From: Octopus vulgaris
Lineage: Eukaryota
Direction: 5' to 3'
Assembly: GCA_951406725.2 (NCBI GenBank)
Contig: OX597839.1
Coordinates: 26,536,001 to 26,600,000, forward strand
Length of the DNA stretch: 64,000 bases
This document shows, piece after piece, positions 39,413 through 53,608 of the stretch; within the stretch, counting starts at the first letter, position 1; each line of letters starts with the position of its first letter. The translations under genes were made by a program, and so were the position numbers. Below the pieces are notes generated by a model, which worked only from the letters and a program-made list of their open reading frames with translations, did not search any database and was not told the origin of the DNA.

Positions 39413-40573
39413 AACTATCTGAGAGTTGAGCAAGAATACCAATTCTTGACATTACTTGTGATAAACTATACAAAAAGATTTCAGATTAGGAGATGAGGAG
39501 GCAGAAGTGGAGGGAAAAGAGAGAAGGGGGTGGTGGTGGTGGTGGTGGTGAAGCTACAGTGAATATTAACTGATTCTCTCTTGTGTCTTCCTCTTAAGAA
39601 TCTTAATGGCTGCAGACATGGCTTCTATGAAATAAGTAAAGATGCTTGTCACATGATTTATCAAATGAAGATGCACTATCTCACACACACACACATACAA
39701 AATAAGGCGGTGTAGCAGGAGTGGAGGAAAATGTTAGAATATGTCAAGGTTATAGAACAAAGATCTTTCATGTTGAAAAGAGCTTTAGGTTGGTTCATTT
39801 GAAGAATTTGCAACAAACTACTTTCTTCTTCTTCTTCATCTTCATCTCCTGTGACTTTCAATTCTTTGATCTTGTTGCTATTCAAGTGACGCAAGCTGCT
39901 GTTTGTTATTATTATAAGACAAATCAGATATTTTATCAAAAAAAAAAAAAAGAAAAAAAAGAAACTACATATTAAAAACCTAATCGAATTTGACACAAAC
40001 CTCCCCCACACTTTTCCAAGAATGCTTTTTCCCTCTTCTTCTTTTTAACTCAAACGAAAACATAACTAGATTAATTAAAACAGCCATTGTTTTCCAAACA
40101 ACACGACACCCACATCGGGATTAAACTATTAGCTTTCAGAAAACTGCTTTTATTAATCTATAAAGTAAATGATACAAATAAAACAACTTTTATTAGGAGC
40201 TTCCCCCGCCACCATTCTTCAGAAGGCCCCCCTCCTGTTAAGGGGATACCTGTCTATGCAAAAAAAAAAAATATTCTTTAAAAAAAATGGTGTCCCCCCC
40301 CCCACACTTCTCTCCTGCTTCTTCTCCTCTCAGCCAACAAAATTTTCTCCCATGCATCTACTGTTTTAGTTCGCCCTGCATGGTGAATACTATACAAACA
40401 ACATAGCACTTAGATTTCACTGCAGTGTTATTCATCATAATATCAAGGCTAGCTCTGGCTGATAGACTTGTTTTCTATTTAGCAGTTTCTCTCTCTAGCC
40501 ATACCAACCACAAAACATCTCTTCCTCCTCTCTCTCTCTCACACACTTCTAATACCTTTCTGTTCAGCATATT

Positions 40574-40611
<38 letters not shown>

Positions 40612-40640
40612 TATATATATATATATATATATACACATAC

Positions 40641-40671
<31 letters not shown>

Positions 40672-40844
40672 CACATACATATATATATATATAATATATA
40701 TTTATATATATACACATACATATATATATTATATATGTTCTCAACAGTAATATCTAGCACCAATTCCAAATAAACTCTAGCCACAGAATCTGAATTCCAG
40801 CTTCAACCTCTTAAAACATTTATTTATTTTTCCTCCCTCTCACA

Positions 40845-40881
<37 letters not shown>

Positions 40882-41281
40882 TACTTCCCAGCAACATTGT
40901 AGTTTAAAGTTGGACTATTCCCACAGAGAGAAAGAGAGAGACGATAGATAGATAGATAGATAGATAGATATATAGGCAGTGCTTGGGGGGAGGAGGAGGA
41001 GGAGGAGGGGAGTATGCTGTTTCCTGCCACTATTTTTAAGTGTGTTAGCACTGGCAAACATAAAAACCAGAATGAGGCTATCAGGCTGGCTGGGCTGTAG
41101 GTGGGTAACAACAAGTCATGATGAGGACAACCCACTCCTCTGGCACCAGGCCTTTCCATCTTCCCCCACCACCACTCCTCCTCCTCTTCCCGCCTCTCTC
41201 CCTGACTCAATGATAGTTTACCCTAAACTAGGTCAGATCCTGCAGAAAACCGTAGCTGACCTTGTTTTGACACTTGCTTAC

Positions 41282-41371
41282 ACAAATGCTAAGAATTATA
41301 ATAAAGGATGAAATATATCTAAGTCAGAGTATTGCTCTGATTAACAAAAGGTTGCTACTGCAGCGAATGAC
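41282..41371 (-). other. Candidate non-coding 5'UTR exon (90 nt)
   Basis: Acceptor gttgctattttag|, donor TGT|gtaagc; stops in all three frames. Confidence 0.35.
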
Positions 41372-41623
41372 CTAAAATAGCAACAACAACAACAACAACA
41401 GCCAAGATACTTTCTTTTCTTTTTCTTTTTTTTTCTCAGTGTAAACTGCTAAATGTAAATGGTAGTAAAATACTGTGGCATACTTAAGTGTTTGGAGAAG
41501 GGAATTTAAAATACAAGGTGTGCCCATCGGTGAATGACCCTTTACGTATGTATGAACGTAAACACCAAAAAAACTGTTTATCAGTAATACATTACAGACA
41601 CTATATATATATATATATATATA

Positions 41624-41657
<34 letters not shown>

Positions 41658-41827
41658 CATATATATATATATATATATTTATTTGTAAGCGCAGGCATAC
41701 TTAAACTGACGTATTTTCGAGTTACGCCTTTTTTCTTTTTCCTATTTTCGAAATAAAACTTTCAACTTCAGTCGATTTATCCCACTTTACGTTGACCTCA
41801 ACTATCATATTAAAAAGCATAATTTTT

Positions 41828-42245
41828 GGATCTTTTTCGGTTTGAACGGCAGTTTTTTTTAACATAATTTCTAGGTAACTAAAAAATGTTAAACTTCGTA
41901 TACTGGTAGAATGTGTTTATAGAACATCTTTTTCTCTTGGGCTTTATTGAGAAAATTCTATAGTTTGTAACATATTTGTTAGGTTTTTTTCTTCAATTTC
42001 TGCAATTTCAACCAATCAATGACGTCTATTGAGGTAAATAACATTCTGTGCCGTATGAATATGTCCCTCGTTTAAGAAACAGATTGGGTTTATTTACATT
42101 TGTGAAGAAAAAAAGATACCCTTCCCCCCTAACCCTAACTCTAAAACAGATTGAAATGCAATAGATCGATACTAGGGTCATAATTATGGGTGACAATTTC
42201 ATATGACACCGCTAGAAAAAACTGCCGTTCAAACCGAAAAGGTCC
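41828..42245. mobile_element. Non-autonomous DNA transposon with ~29-bp TIRs and 8-bp TSD (Merlin/MULE-like)
   Basis: GGATCTTTTTCGGTTTGAACGGCAGTTTTT...AAAAACTGCCGTTCAAACCGAAAAGGTCC; TSD taattttt; related partial copy at ~38010-38221. Confidence 0.75.
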
Positions 42246-42490
42246 TAATTTTTTTTAAGACACCCCCATCCCTCAGAAAAAAATTTTTTTTGAGACAATA
42301 CTGATGTGATAGAAAAGAAAAATTGAATGAAAATACGAACTAACCATTTATTAAAACATACTGAGCTTAAAGAATTTTTTGTTAATGTTCACGTTACGTC
42401 GTTTCTTTCGAACCCGTCGCATGTCTTGGAACCAATTATCGACCTAAGTTCTCAAGTATGCCCGTGTGTAATGTGTCTATAAGTGTGTAC

Positions 42491-42535
<45 letters not shown>

Positions 42536-42838
42536 TCAATATAAGGGTAGCAAAAAATTCAATAGAGATTAAATTTAATTTAATTAGGCTGGTTTGCCAT
42601 AAAGAACGTCGAAACATTGCATTGTCTAAAGATAAATAGGGTCAATGTTTTTTAATTTTCCTTTAATTTCTGAATTACTACTATTTAGCGGTTTGAGTCT
42701 TGGCTGCTCTTTCTAGTGGGTCGAATGGCCTATCGGGGCCGTTCCTCAATGTTGTTGAAATTATATATATTTATATATATATACACACACAAACACATTT
42801 ATATATATATATATATATACACACACAGACACAAACAC

Positions 42839-42885
<47 letters not shown>

Positions 42886-43299
42886 GACACAAACACATTT
42901 ATATATATATATATATATGCCTCTAGCATATTTGAAACTGGTAACAAGTTTGTATTTATTATACACATCACTGCTTAACGCTTTCGTCCCATATATATTA
43001 TATATTAAAAATCATACACAATAAATAATGACATTCCCCCATTTTAAAAGCTTTCCACTCGTGGCAGCAAAACAGAAGGCCAAAGAGGGGAGAATGAGTA
43101 TGTACATGTACGTGCATATATATACATAAATATGCATACATAAATATGTATACACGCATATGTAACTCAAACACGTGTGTGCATATGCGCGTGCTCTCTC
43201 GTCATCTACAAAACAAAATCAATCAAAACATTTGATTCTCATCTCCATAGAGATTTCTAGATCGCTCCCCCTCTTTCCATCCCCCTCCTTCCCTCATAC

Positions 43300-43950
43300 T
43301 TCTACTCCAGCACTATTCATACACCAGTGAGTATGTTACAAGTCGGCGGCAGCCAGTAGTAGTCTACTAATTAAACTGTTGCGCGCACACACACACACAC
43401 AGGGCTGATTCACTTTACAAAGCTATATAATAATAATATACACCTTCTGTCGTCTATTTGAAATTTCCATGACTCAAATGGAAGAAGAGAAAAGACGAAG
43501 GAAAGAGAGAACACCAGGCTTCACCGTATTTTCTTTTATTCGAAGGATTTATCGATCGAAGGGGAAAATTACTAGGCAACATTTTAATCGCTGTAGCCCA
43601 AGGTGCTTGTGTGATGGGCGGAGGGGGGGGAGGGCAGGCGCGCGCACGTATACACACTCGCGCGCGCAGCACCTATGCGTAGTGTAAGGAGGAGGAGGAG
43701 GAGGAAATAGAAAGGGAGGGAGAGTATGAGGAAGAAGAGGAGGAGGAGGAGAAAGCGCTGCGTTTTGTCCTTCACCTTCAGACTGACAGTCTACAGTGTG
43801 AGGGGAGTAGGAGGCTAAGTACTCATGACCTGGTTACTCTTCTGACCTGTACCAGGCGGCGAAAGAAGGAGCAGGCAACTGCGAGCTGCTGCTGCTACTA
43901 CTACTACTACTACTGCTACTACTACTACTACTACTACTACTACTGCTGCT
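43300..43950 (-). promoter_or_regulatory. Promoter-like CpG/GC-enriched, SINE-free island
   Basis: CG-rich runs (gcgcgcgcac), GGA/GA tracts, Inr-like TCAGTC on the minus strand at 43781-43786, possible donor AAG|gtgtat at 43443. Confidence 0.4.
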
Positions 43951-44943
43951 GCTTGCTGCATCCTAGTATCCTTTTACAGACAGGAAGTAGCGTGACATAG
44001 TAAAGAAGTCTTGCCAACCAACAGCTGCTGCCAACAATGATGAATTTAGCCGTCTCTATTCTCTCCCCAACAGAATAATAATAATGATAATAATACTAAT
44101 AATAATAGTAGTAGTAGTTGTAGTAGTCAGCTGATCAATTGATACGCAAATAGCATACCAATAACAAACAAACAATAATAATAATAATAATAAAGAAAAA
44201 AAAAACAACAAAAAAATTACGTTGGAAAGCAGTGACTCGAAGAGGTTATTTCTCTCTCTCTATTTTTTTTTTCCTTACATTAATTCCCCCACCCCCGGAT
44301 TAAAAGATTTACCATTTAAAAACTGCATAAATGTGGCTAACAATTCACCTATTATGTAGGAAAGTAAGTAGGCTGAGTCAACCCACCACGGTGTAGGCAT
44401 ACGTGTGTATGAGTCTATATATACACACACATATATATATATGTATGTATGTATGTATGTATTGAGGTTTAGTTTGTAACTTCTGGTATTGTTCCGGCTT
44501 TACACTATATTTTTAAATACATATATATATATGTCTACACACACACATTCACGTGTGCAGTTTACAGGAAACATACATACGTACACACATACATACATAT
44601 CCTTGACATATGTTTTCGTTACACACATTAAACAACCGAATCTTCTGTCCTTCACCTTAAACAAGTTTTAGAATCATTCTGACACAACAGCACATTGCCA
44701 TTCTGCATCACACTCACAACACAACAAGCACTCGCGATCCTCAATGCTTTTTATATGCTTTTCAGAAGCAGTTGGGACGCAAACCACCTAACACAAGTTA
44801 ATGGTATCACATTTTTTCCGCCGAGGTCGACTTTGCCTTTCATCCTTTCAGGGTCGATAAATTAAGTACCAGTTACTAACTGGGGTCGATGTAATCGACT
44901 TAATACCTATGTCTGTCCTTGTTTGTCCCCTCTATGTTTAGCC

Positions 44944-45162
44944 CAGTGCTTTTCAAACTTTTTGCTGGAGCGGAACCCCAAGGAAACATTCCACTGGCTC
45001 GAGGAACCCCTGTGCAATAATTTAATAGTTTTATGCACACATATCTGCACAGGAGAATTAAAAATTACTGCCGATTTTAGCAGTTTTGTAACTTCTTGCG
45101 GAACCCCTGGATTGTACTGGCGGAACCCTAAGGTTCCGGGGAACCCTGGTTGAAAACCAATG
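44944..45162. mobile_element. hAT-type MITE nested in a SINE
   Basis: Perfect 8-bp TSD GTTTAGCC; imperfect TIRs CAGTGCTTTTCAA / TTGAAAACCAATG. Confidence 0.8.
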
Positions 45163-47414
45163 GTTTAGCCCCTTGTGGGTAATAAAGAAATAGGTATCAC
45201 ATTTTTTTTTATAACAAAAATTATTGTGACTGATTATTGGTAAGTTTTCTGTTTTACTCGGTTACTGCGTGGCACCTTGGGCAAGTGTCTTCTCGCCTTC
45301 TGGATGGATTTGGGAGAAGGAAACTGAAAGAAGCCCGTCGTGTGCGTGTGTATACAAAATGGGACAAGAACGCAAAACATCCGGACAACTAGATGATACA
45401 AAAAGGGACAACAAAACATCCAGATAGACGATACAAAGAAAACAAGGACGGGTCATTCGAAGCTTTGTATCCTCAGTCAAGAACCGGATCATCCTCGCGA
45501 TTTCTATATATATATGTTTGTGTATCTCCCCCCCACTATCACTTGACAACCCTTTAATTAAAATGGGTTTTCCCGCGGACCCCTTTTAATATGCTTATCC
45601 TTATATGTGTGTGTATGTGAAATTTTGAAGTTAGTTCATTGAGCCCCGGTTGGGAACCACTGCCCTAACCAAATACCCTGACCCCTTAGCCTTTACACTA
45701 ATATCCACCAAACTGAGCTTAGAATTGCTTGATTATACATTATCGAAGAAGAAACCTAATGGCTAATTTCTAAATTTCCTTAATAGCAGTGGGCATCAGA
45801 GAGACCAAGAGTTCAAATCCTGCTGAGATCAACTTTGTTTTGTCTTTCCGGGGTTGATAAAAAAAATTTTTTTTTTCTAAATTCTACTCCACAACGGTAG
45901 GTTGGAGGGTATTTTAGACCAGATGTCTTGTGGTCTTTGCATTCTGAGTTCAAATCTTGCTGTAGCAAACATTCAGGTTGTCAGGTTTTGTGCCATCATC
46001 TGGTACATAGGGTCCCCTTCCGTGGGGTTCACACTGTGGTAAACATTTAGTCTAGGTAACCAGTTTGAGGATATTTTTCTCCCTCTCACTGATCTCGGCA
46101 GCAGTGGTGGTCAGAACTGGCTGTAATAGGTCACTGACCTTAGTGACTGTAGATGAGGCAAGTGAACTGATCCAATATGTTACTTATCTGATTAAGATGA
46201 AAGGTAAATAATAATCACAATAATAATGTTTTCAGATTTTGGCACAAGGCCAGCAAGTCCTTGTTAGCAGGTAAGTCAAATACATTGACCCTAGTATTCA
46301 ACTTGGTACAGATTTTATCAACCCCAAGAGGATGAAAGGCAAAGTCGACCTCAGTGGAATTTTAATTCAGAACATGACAAACAAAAGTTCTGCTATAATC
46401 GCAAAGCCCCAATTTTTTTTTTTCGCAATTAAGTTTCATTTTAACCTTTACAACCCGGAATTTTTTCGATAATGGCAAAGGGTTTGCATGCATGCAAGCC
46501 TTTTGAGCTGTTATTATAGTGTCATACACTCTGATCATATATCTGGCACTACATAAATACCAGAGAAACCGGAGCGGTACTATACCACATCACAGAGAAT
46601 AGGAATTTTCAAGATTTGGGTAGTGAAATTTTTGACTTGTACAAATACGTACCAACCGGGCCAGAAGGGTTAATTTAATTTCATTTCCTCAGTTTCTTTT
46701 GACAAAAACATGAGCACACACTTATTGAATTAAAAGAAAATATTCCATTAAGTTTTAACAAATTAACATAAACACAAAAAAAAGCTTCTCTCTTGGAAGT
46801 CATGTGGATAAGATAATGTGAAGTTTATGCCTACTTTTACAATCTTAAGTAAAAATAATCCATTATTAATAATATCTGTTATAAGCTACTAATCTTTCCC
46901 CCTTTCCTCTCTAGCACTTAATAGGTAATTAATTACTGATAAAGTACAAATTATTGTTACTAAAAGTGAACTAACCAAGGACTGTAACCTGTTACATACA
47001 AATATACGTTATCAAACCACAAAGATTGTTCTTAAAGACAAAGCTACAATGAACTCAAAAGAGGACAAACACTTCAATATATATCTATATAATTCCCAAC
47101 ACGACAGCTGAATTCAATTCGTCTCCAGTTATTATTATTATTATTATTGTTTTTGTATTATTTTTGTATTTATATTCGTGTAACATCGTCCGTTTTTCCG
47201 TCCTTGTTTCATATACATTCGATCCTTTTTCCAAAGAATCTAATGCTCTTAGCTTAGTTTTTCCTTGGGGGCTGGCCAGATTGGAGCAATCTCAAGATTA
47301 ATCAGCCGAAATTGCAAGGATGATCCGGTTCTTGACTGAAGATTAAAGACTTCAAATGACCCATCCATGTTTTTTGTATTGTCTATCTGGATGTTTTGCG
47401 TTCTTGTCCTATTT

Positions 47415-47474
<60 letters not shown>

Positions 47475-50400
47475 AACAGGTGTGGCTATATGGTTAAGAA
47501 GTTTGTTTCACAAGCACATGGGTCCAGGTTCAGTCCCCCTGTGCATTACCTAAGGCAAGTTTCTTTTACTAGGGCGCTGGGTTGCCTAAAAGCCTCAAGT
47601 GAATTTAGTTCATTGAAACTGAAAGAAGCTCATCGTGTGTATATATGGATAAGTGTTTGAGTTTCCTCTTGGCATTGTGGAATTATTATTATCCTGCTTG
47701 CAAAGCGGTAACAGTTGGTAACAGGAAGGGTGTCTGACCACAAGAAATCTGCCTCAATTAACTCCGTCCCTTTGCAAACCCCAAGAAGCGGATGTTAAAG
47801 TGATAAGGCATGGTTGTGCGATAAGGACATGCGCAAATTTTAGAAGAGAGGAAAAAATCTAAGGGAGATCACTTCTTGTTACATCTCTGATCACAGTTAT
47901 TTGAATAAGTTGAGAAACAGGGCATACAAGTTGAAAGGTAATGAAGTTGTGACTCATTTTTGCCAGCTGAGTGGACTGGGGCAATGTGAAATGAAGTGTT
48001 TTTCTCAAGAACACAATGCATCGCCTGGTCCAGGAACTGAAACCACAATCTTACAATCGCGAGTCCAACACCCTGCGCACGAAGCCACGTGCCTCCACAT
48101 ATGGTGGCTATACTATAGGTGTAATTATGAAATATAGAAGAGACTAGCTTTTCAACAAAATAAGATAAAACACTTGAGATTGAATCTTTATTCTAGATTG
48201 AGAGCTGACAAGAGATAAAATGGATTTTAATTCTAATGGGAAATACTTGTCAATTAGAATCGATGTCACATAATTAGGATTATATTTAATAAATTTATCT
48301 TCATTAACCCTTCAGTATTTAAACTGGCCATATCCAGCCCAGATATTGTACCTGTTTTATGTTCAAACTAGCCAGATCTGGTCCCTCACACCTACCTTAC
48401 AATGTCATTCTAAAAATAAACATCATCATCAATGCACAATTAATTCAAGACAATGTGAATAAATAAGTGTTAGGAAGGGCATCCAGCTGTAGAAACCAGC
48501 CAAAATAGACATGGAGCCTGGGCAGCTCTTCCGACAGGCTTCTTTCAGTTTCCGCCTACCAAGTCCACTCACGAGGTTTTGGTTGCCCGAGGCTACAGTA
48601 GAGTACACTTGCCCAGGGTGCCATGCAGTGGGACTGAACTTGGAATCTTGTGGTTGGGAAGCAAGCTTTTTACCACACAACTATGCCATTATTCTTTGTG
48701 AGCCTAGTACTTATTCTATCAGTCTCTTTTGCCATACTGCTAGGTTATGGGATGTAAACACACCAACATCAGTTGTCAAGTGGTTGCAGGCGGGCAAACA
48801 CATACAAAACGACACACATACATAAATATATATACGATGAGCTTCTTTCAGTTTCCATCTACCAAAGCCACTAAGTCTTTGGTCAGCTTGAGGCTATAGT
48901 AGAAGACACTTGCCTAAGGTGCCATGGAGTTGGATTGAACCCAGAACCATGTGGTTGGGAAGCAAGGGCTAGGAAAAACATTTGCAGCAAGAAACAGCCA
49001 GGTTCCTTTCTCTGGCGCTTTACATAGTTCAACCTACACAAGTGAATATATGCGATGAACAAAATAGGAATTTTCAAAGAAGTATCTGTAAAACTAGTTT
49101 TTAAAACATCGAAGGCACATGGCTCAGTGGTTAGAGCATTGGGCCCACAATCATGAGGTAGTGAGTTCAATTCCTGGACTGGGCTGTGTGTTGTCTTCTT
49201 GAGCAAGAAACTTTATTCCATGTTACTCCAGCTTATTCAGCTGTAGAAATGAGTAGCGATGTCACTGGTGCCAAGCTGTATCGGCCCCTTTGCTTTTTTT
49301 TCCCTTGGATAACATCAGTGGCGTGAAGAAGGGAAGCTGGCATGCATGGGTGACTGTTGGTCTTCTATAAACAACCTCACCCGGATTTGTGCCTTGGAGG
49401 GAAACATTCTAGGTGAAATCCCATGACCGAAGGGGATCCTTCTTCATTCTAAACATCAAATGGTTATGGGGGGTTCCATCAGAATAAAATAGCAATCGAA
49501 GGGGTCCATAGATAAAAAATAGTTGGGAAACCCTGGTCTAAACCATACACGATTTTGCTTTATAACAACAATTGTAACATTTCTGGTTATAATTTACGAT
49601 ACTTGTTTTGAAAGATGGTGGATGTATAAATATATGTAATGAACATGTCATGGTGCTAATTAATCCACTTATTAATTAATGACCATCAAAACTGTCAATC
49701 TATATGCAGATGATAAACAAATCAGCTTTGTCGTGGTGCAACTTGAATGATGAATGAACAGAGAGAAACATGTGGTTTATGATTAGGACCAATGAAATCC
49801 TTCAAGAGAAACAAAAATCAGAAAGAGAAAGAGAGGAGAGAGGGAAGGAGAGGAAGAGAGGGAAGGAGAGGAAGAGAGAGGAGAGAGTGTGTGCATGAAA
49901 AATTGTGGTTATTATTTTAAAGTGAGCTGGCAAAATGCTTAGCAACATTTCCTCCATGTTATGTTCGGTGTTCAAATTCCACCAAGGTCAACTTTGCCTT
50001 TCACCCTTTAGGGGTTGATAAAATAAATACCAGGTGAGTCCTGAGGGTTGATGTAACCGACTACCCCCTCCACCAAATTTCAGGCCTTGTGCCCTTAGGA
50101 GAAAGGACTATTTTAAAGTGAGTTATTTCGCCTGTTTTTATGTTCCGAGTTCAAATTCCACTGACGTTGGCTTTGCCTTTCATTCTTTTGGGTATTGACA
50201 AAATAAGTACTATTATACGCATAGGAGTGGCTGTGTGGTAAGAAGCTTGCTTCCCAACCACATGGTTGCAGGTTCAGTCTCACTGTATGGCACCTTGTGT
50301 GCTTGTTTGCCCCCCACCCCCACCTACCAACTGACAAGCAGTGTTGGTTTGCTTATATTCACCAAAAGGAATAAGTACCAAAAATAAAGACTGGCGTTGA

Positions 50401-51609
50401 TTTGTTCAACTAACCCTTTCAAGGTCGTGCCCCAGCAGGGTTACAGTCCAATGATTGATACAAGTAAAAGATAAAAATAGCTGACACTGGAGTGACTTGA
50501 ACTCAGAACATCCGGAACATATAGTGCCAGGCATGCCCAATGTTTTAACAATTCTGTTAATCTGCCACCCTGTAATGAATAATAATAATAATAATAATAA
50601 AAGTAAAATAGCATATATTAATTGTACTTATTCGTTAGATAACTACAGCAGGCTGAGTAGAAATGGTTGGCATATCACAACTAGTAGTCTGTTAGTCTGA
50701 CAGGTTGATAGACAAAGGAATTTTACTGATTCCTTGTCTATGAACAGGTGAGATTCCTGAAAACCAAGGTAGGTGCACATGCTGTAGCTGTAAACAGCAA
50801 GAAGCAGAAAGAACACTAGAGAATTAATAAGTGGTTCAACTGCTATTATACAATGGAAGAAGACACACACACACAACTGACACTTGATCGTTTACAATGA
50901 TAAAATGTTCCAGTTGATCCAATAAATGGAACATGTTGCTAGTGAAATTAATGTGCAAGTGGCTGAGAACTCCACAGACACGCGTGCCCTTAACAAACGA
51001 TCTCAGGGAGATTCAGCATGACACAGAATGTGATAAGGGTGGCCCCCTTTGAATTACAGGTAAAACTCATATTTGCCAGCTGAGTGGATTGAAGCGACGT
51101 GAAATAATAAAGTGTTTTGCTCAAGGATACAGTGCTCCGCCAGGAATTCGCACTCATGACTTTATGATCATGCCTCAAACAGCCCTAACCACAAAGCGAT
51201 GTACCTTTACACTCGGACAAGACCAATATTTTTAGCAGTATATTTTCCATTCTATTCCAAAATATATTTGTTTTTAATATGAATGAATTTTACAAAAGCC
51301 TGGAGCAACAGAGGTGTGGTGGTGGTGGTGGTGTGGGCAATGAACCAGGTGGTGTAAAATAATTTGGCCAAATCTTTCTTTATGCTCCGATTTCAGTTGG
51401 TTGTTTAAAATTTGCCAGGAGATAGCCAGAAATAGCAATCTCGAAATATTTTATCTGATAAAACCATTCTCAGTGCGCTGTACTTAAAAGAAAAAAACAC
51501 ACACACACACACACACAAAATAATTGATATAATTCTCATTGGAAAGTGGTGTGATGCACACATTAAGAAGTGCATTTAGATGCATCTGATGTAAAACACA
51601 AAACAAATT

Positions 51610-53036
51610 ACATTATTTTTCAATTTATCTCTAAGGATTTTCTGTAGAAACTAGAGCCATCGCTGAGAGTTACAATGTTTCATATATGAATCTATGTCAA
51701 CAATGCAACCAAAGATAGAAAAATAGGTAATGAGTGTATATGGATATTTCAGGAGTTCTTGCTGATTCATCAGTGCCACATCCCTACCAGTAATTAAGAA
51801 ATTACATTATATCTGAACAAGCAAACATGGAAATGACGTAAATCACCTGAAGTTAGTAATTGTTATCTGTCTAACATGAATTCTTTCAAAATGCCTGGAG
51901 CAACAGAGGTGTGGATGGTGGATGGTGGTGTGGGCAATGAGTTTTACAGGCTGGATGTCCTTTTTGTTGCTAACCGTTACATGCTTTTTTAAGTAGAGTT
52001 ATTATTTTTTGTTCTAGAGGCCTTTAACCCTTTAAGATTTAAACCGGGATATATCCGGCCAAAATAGCTCATCTGTTTTATGTTCAAACTGACCAGATCC
52101 AGGCTCTCACACCTACCCTACAATGTTATTCTACATTGGAAAGTGGTGTGATGCACACATTAAGATATCTTGAGATATGAGATAATGCATGATTAATTCA
52201 AATCAATGGGAATCAACAGGCATTATGTTTGATAGAATAATCTGAACACTAAAGGGTTAAACCAGCCGTATCAGGACAGTCTGGCAGAAGCCAACCAGGC
52301 AATAGACTATACCAGGCTCCTGTGTCTGTTTTGGCATGGTTTTTATAGCTGGATGACCTTCCAAACGCAAACCACTTCGCAATGTGGAATGGATGCTTTA
52401 TACATAGCACCAGCACTGACAGGGTCACCAAGTAATTTGCAAGACAAGGAATCCTTGAGAGGGAAGGGGACACTGGAGGAGGTGATCTTGTGTGAGATGA
52501 CGGAAGGTTAGAGTTATATGTGGTTAGGGTTATAATCCAAGCCGTGACCTCGTGAATCACAACTGCATATTCCAGTATTCCAAAATTATCACTTGAACCT
52601 ATCTGAAGAATTTGAAATAGGGGACGTTTTAGATGCTCCTCCAACATGTACAACTTTGTAATTCCTAATAACAAATGGAACTTGTAATGGAGAATAAATA
52701 ATACCAAACACATTTTTTTTTTTTCCAATATCCTCTTTTGAAATACATGACGGAATCTCCCGTCGAAGACGACATATGAGCGATCAGCTTTTTGCCGAAC
52801 GCTCTGCACAAATGATTTGTTCATAGTGTTCAGATATAATGTAATTTCTTAATTACTGGTAGGGATGTGGTACTGAGGAATCAGCAAGAACTCCTGAAAT
52901 ATCCATATACACTCATTACCTATTTTTCTATCTTTGGTTGCATTGTTGACATAGATTCATATATGAAACATAGTAACTCTCAGTGATGGCTCTAGTTTCT
53001 ACAGAAAATCCTTAGAGATAAATTGAAAAATAATGT
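51610..53036. repeat. 210-bp inverted repeat (51610-51819 / 52827-53036)
   Basis: Arms are reverse complements with 4 mismatches counted by eye; spacer about 1 kb. Confidence 0.9.
52028..52256. mobile_element. piggyBac-like MITE, family A
   Basis: TTAA|CCCTTTA...TAAAGGG|TTAA; closely similar to 62417-62635 in the opposite orientation. Confidence 0.8.
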
Positions 53037-53214
53037 TTGTGCTGCACATCAGTGCACACTCTCCATCAAAGAGATGTTGTCTGAACAAGTGCACAGTGTA
53101 CCACAAGCAAGGTGTCAAAGTGATTGCAGGGCAACGAGAGATGAAGTGCTTTGCTCAAGAACAAAATGCACCACCTGGTCTAGGAATTGAAATCACGATC
53201 ACTGGATCGTGAGT

Positions 53215-53608
53215 GGATGGATGGAAGCACTCCGTCGGTTACGACGACGAGGGTTCCGGTTGATCCGATCAACGGAACAGCCTGCTCGTGAAATTAACGT
53301 GTAAGTGGCTGAGTACTCCACAGACACGTGTACCCTTAACGTAGTTCTTGGGGATATTCAGCGTGACACAGAAAGTGACAAGGCCGGCCCTTTGAAATAC
53401 AGGTACAACAGAAACAGGAAAAAAGAATGAGAGAAAGTTGTGGTGAAAGAGTACAGCAGGGATCACCACCACCCCCTGCCAGAGCGTCGTGGAGCTTTTT
53501 AGGTGTTTTCGCTAAATAAACACTCACAACGCCCGGTCTGGGAATCGAAACCGCGATCCTACGACCGCGAGTCCGCTGCCCTAACCACTGGGCCATTGCG
53601 CCTCCACT
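53215..53608 (-). mobile_element. Young full-length tRNA-derived SINE with 13-bp TSD
   Basis: A-box TGGCCCAGTGG, B-box GGTTTCGATTCC, CpGs retained, (TCCA)n tail, TSD ctggatcgtgagt at 53202-53214 and 53609-53621. Confidence 0.9.

Noticed and set aside
38841-39473. 210-aa and 189-aa ORFs
   Set aside because: Read-through of the (TATC)/(TCCA) satellite.
47260-47335. Possible hammerhead (ggctg...cagcc-GAAA)
   Set aside because: Lacks a recognisable CUGANGA core and NUH site in this copy.
52249-52824. 191-aa minus-strand ORF within the inverted repeat spacer
   Set aside because: Crosses SINE and MITE fragments; no transposase motifs recognised.
53530-53608. tRNA gene
   Set aside because: tRNA-like head of a SINE with body, tail and TSD; no convincing cloverleaf.
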